14,189 nucleotides of DNA from a virus (Duplodnaviria; Heunggongvirae; Uroviricota; Caudoviricetes), in the IMG/VR virus record IMGVR_UViG_3300010388_000318, positions 1 through 14,189 of that record, one strand, 5' to 3'. Below, one piece after another: positions 13,301-14,189 of this stretch. A program made the position numbers and the translations under genes. The number at the start of each line of letters is the position of its first letter. Position 1 is the first letter of the stretch. The notes beneath the pieces are model-generated. The model was not told the DNA's origin. It saw only the letters and a list, made by a program, of their open reading frames with translations, and ran no database searches.

Positions 13301-14189
13301 CTGCAAGTGCACCAATTTGTGCTCTATTGGCTACTGTATTTGAGAAGAAGCCAGTGTTTGCTACGTTTACACCAATTGCAGATGGAGATTCCCATGTACG
13401 ACCAGAAAGATATGTTGAGTTGTTTGCAAGCAATGCAACATTTGCATAGTTAGCATTATTTGCAGTGAATGAAAACTGTGAGTTGGTTGCAAATACTGAA
13501 GCATTAACAGAAAGTTGACCTTCCTGTTTACCGAATGCGTATGTAGCATTATTTGCAGATATCGCAGCAATATAAGCAGCGTTTACATATGTTCCATTGG
13601 TATTAGCAATGATGCCGCTATTTGCATTTACTTGATAGTGGGTAGCATTTGCTGATAAACCAAAACCAGCACGTGGAGCAATCGTTAAACTGTTTTCCCA
13701 ATACACACCAGCGCCATTTGATAGAAGAACTTGTCCACTACCACCAACTGCACCATTTGCAATTAGCTTGCTGAGATATGTGTTACCGCTGATAAATGCA
13801 TCAGTAAAAGCACCCTGATTAGCAGTTAGAGTACCAGTCGATGGGATGAATGATAGACGAGCATCAGCAATGACTGCATTTGACCAGTTACCACTAGCAG
13901 AATTTGACATTGGAATGAAATACTTGCTTGAAGAAGTATTATCATTTGCAGTTGATAGGTATTGATCAAATGTGTACCAATATGTACCGCCTGTGCCATT
14001 AGCAGTTAGAAACTGACGATCACTACCAATTGAACCATTTGCAATAAGAGTGTTAATTGTTAGTTGATCAATAGTTGATAGATTTGCAACCAGTTGACCA
14101 TCAATCGTGATAACGCCATTTGCATTAGCAGTAATGAATGCAGTTGTGGTGTTGATGTTCTGAGCATTTGTTGAGATTGTTGTATTGGC
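10374..14189 (-). CDS. Long tail fibre with C-terminal Peptidase S74 chaperone (partial; >1270 aa, start beyond the right edge)
   Basis: The frame stays open from 13910 to 14189 (93 more codons, ANTTISTNAQ...YWYTFDQ...SKYFIP), so ATG 13910 is internal. 12 G(K/R)Q.xQLxV motifs, an LGFTPVQQG module and an S74 domain. Confidence 0.92.
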   Translation of the reverse strand, partial: ANTTISTNAQNINTTTAFITANANGVITIDGQLVANLSTIDQLTINTLIANGSIGSDRQFLTANGTGGTYWYTFDQYLSTANDNTSSSKYFIPMSNSASGNWSNAVIADARLSFIPSTGTLTANQGAFTDAFISGNTYLSKLIANGAVGGSGQVLLSNGAGVYWENSLTIAPRAGFGLSANATHYQVNANSGIIANTNGTYVNAAYIAAISANNATYAFGKQEGQLSVNASVFATNSQFSFTANNANYANVALLANNSTYLSGRTWESPSAIGVNVANTGFFSNTVANRAQIGALAANGSVGTSGQILASNGNGLYWTSNPPGVAIPLIQNNNSTSTWYFPMSNSATGSWSEAAVSDGKLSFIPTTGTLTVSIANTAKALIANAVITAIFANGSFGGVNQVLTSNGSSVYWTGDTNTQYDLIGVSNTVQNAGILRLVSSSLANDDVLFVGGGTTIVSSNSTHIVISTVDQFKGTVTSITSGNGLVGAPITGSGTLAVGSGAGISVNVDDVAVNAKDGLTANASGLYVNNDFIRALSQIAVVNNAIYLNGKTESQLNANSALNANNANFLGGKSAEYWSSVALGNTTADYTWSGTHQYNRSIYMGNTVSSYIEWNDAGLAAPSATASWGAGTKLALWQKFGPADVGFGIGIEPGAIWYSANNTSSSHKWYANTNNIMVANTTGLFVNGEIFATVTSTVTNANNSTYAYGKQEGQLSVASANNSTYAFGKQEAQLSVSTANNATYAYGKQESQLTVAVAANASFATVANSVLGSIALANNSTFAYGRQQGQLSVNNSIYVNGKQEIQLSVANAVFALVANSVLGSIALANNATYAYGKQESQLSVANAVFATTAQNVIGTINSANNSTYAYGKQESQLAVASATSATTSANATFATTANNALRFNGKQESQLSVAYADLANNSSYAYGKQESQLVVRTANNATYAYGKQETQLNVGLLNSQNGTYYADIPARLGFTPVQQGTGTGQGTNVVKIGWSNSVNGQASLRLMIDGVDFGNTWPISVSGTGGSGGSAETANNATYAYGKQESQLSVANAANTALLNSQNSAYYRNAGNLNAGTVPTARLATGTANSTTYLRGDQTWATIPSTTVWSSDITWNGGINVNIAAESSFDLSGSGIFSIWDTGTGAPTIKSGIGAQVEIGQAGSRGLYVYGSVTASGDITAYSDASLKKNVEVIPNALDKVSQIRGVTFDRIDIDGDNRYTGVIAQEIEAVLPEVVQEKNGIKTVAYGNIVGLLIEAIKELKAEVEELKSNK
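10377..10646 (-). other. Peptidase S74 intramolecular chaperone/auto-cleavage domain
   Basis: YSDASLKKN...ALDKV..IRGVTF...GVIAQEIE.VLPE.V...V.YGNIVGLLIEAIKEL coiled coil. Putative Ser-Lys dyad at codons 10644-10646 and 10629-10631. Confidence 0.93.
11041..12093 (-). repeat. Cluster of 11 variable-length ANN(A/S)TYAYGKQExQLxV repeats
   Basis: Visible in the translation. 37 identical nt at 11033-11069 and 11651-11687. Confidence 0.92.
12606..12857 (-). repeat. 84-aa module shared with 5574-5825
   Basis: Ungapped, 57/84 identical by hand count. Confidence 0.9.

Noticed and set aside
7-13570. Short alternative-frame and plus-strand ORFs in the track (e.g. 7..225, 616..807, 2814..3035, 3315..3575, 4263..4484, 8976..9215, 9625..9843, 12079..12363, 12994..13275)
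   Set aside because: They are shadows of the dense minus-strand genes. Their LATDS/CLP motifs simply mirror the GKQESQLSV repeats, and they lack an SD or promoter context.
2468-14189. HxH iron-binding motifs as in the T4 gp37 tip (iron Trojan-horse link to the heme oxygenase)
   Set aside because: No HxH motif was found in any fibre or lectin translation in this window.
1-14189. tRNA, rRNA, introns or intact mobile elements
   Set aside because: Nearly all of the window is minus-strand coding and the largest gap is 94 bp. I saw no cloverleaf, transposase, integrase or intact endonuclease.

Overview
The window is a virion-structural (tail-fibre/adhesin) region of a large T4-like dsDNA phage. 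All ten supportable genes lie on the minus strand. In transcription order (right to left) they are: a >1270-aa fibre with a C-terminal Peptidase S74 chaperone (runs off the right edge), a heme oxygenase-like gene, a 109-aa Ig-like virion protein, three Ala/Asn/Thr-rich fibre proteins (391, ~1126 and 769 aa), a translationally coupled cassette of three LamG/concanavalin-A-like proteins plus an 84-aa acidic protein, and the GTG-started 5' end of another fibre paralog that the ORF track missed. Each of the four intergenic gaps longer than 30 bp carries a T4-type late promoter (NATAAATA). The most notable observations are: (1) a perfect sigma70 promoter (TTGACA-N17-TATAAT, 9799-9827) on the plus strand, back-to-back with a late promoter and firing antisense into the heme oxygenase and long fibre genes; (2) a heme oxygenase with an atypical distal helix embedded in the fibre operon; (3) fibres built from a shared kit of modules, with long Ala-X-Y triplet runs and protein-identical but codon-scrambled tandem repeats; (4) a lectin cassette with conserved ends and variable cores. 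Family assignments come from motif recognition only; no database searches were run.
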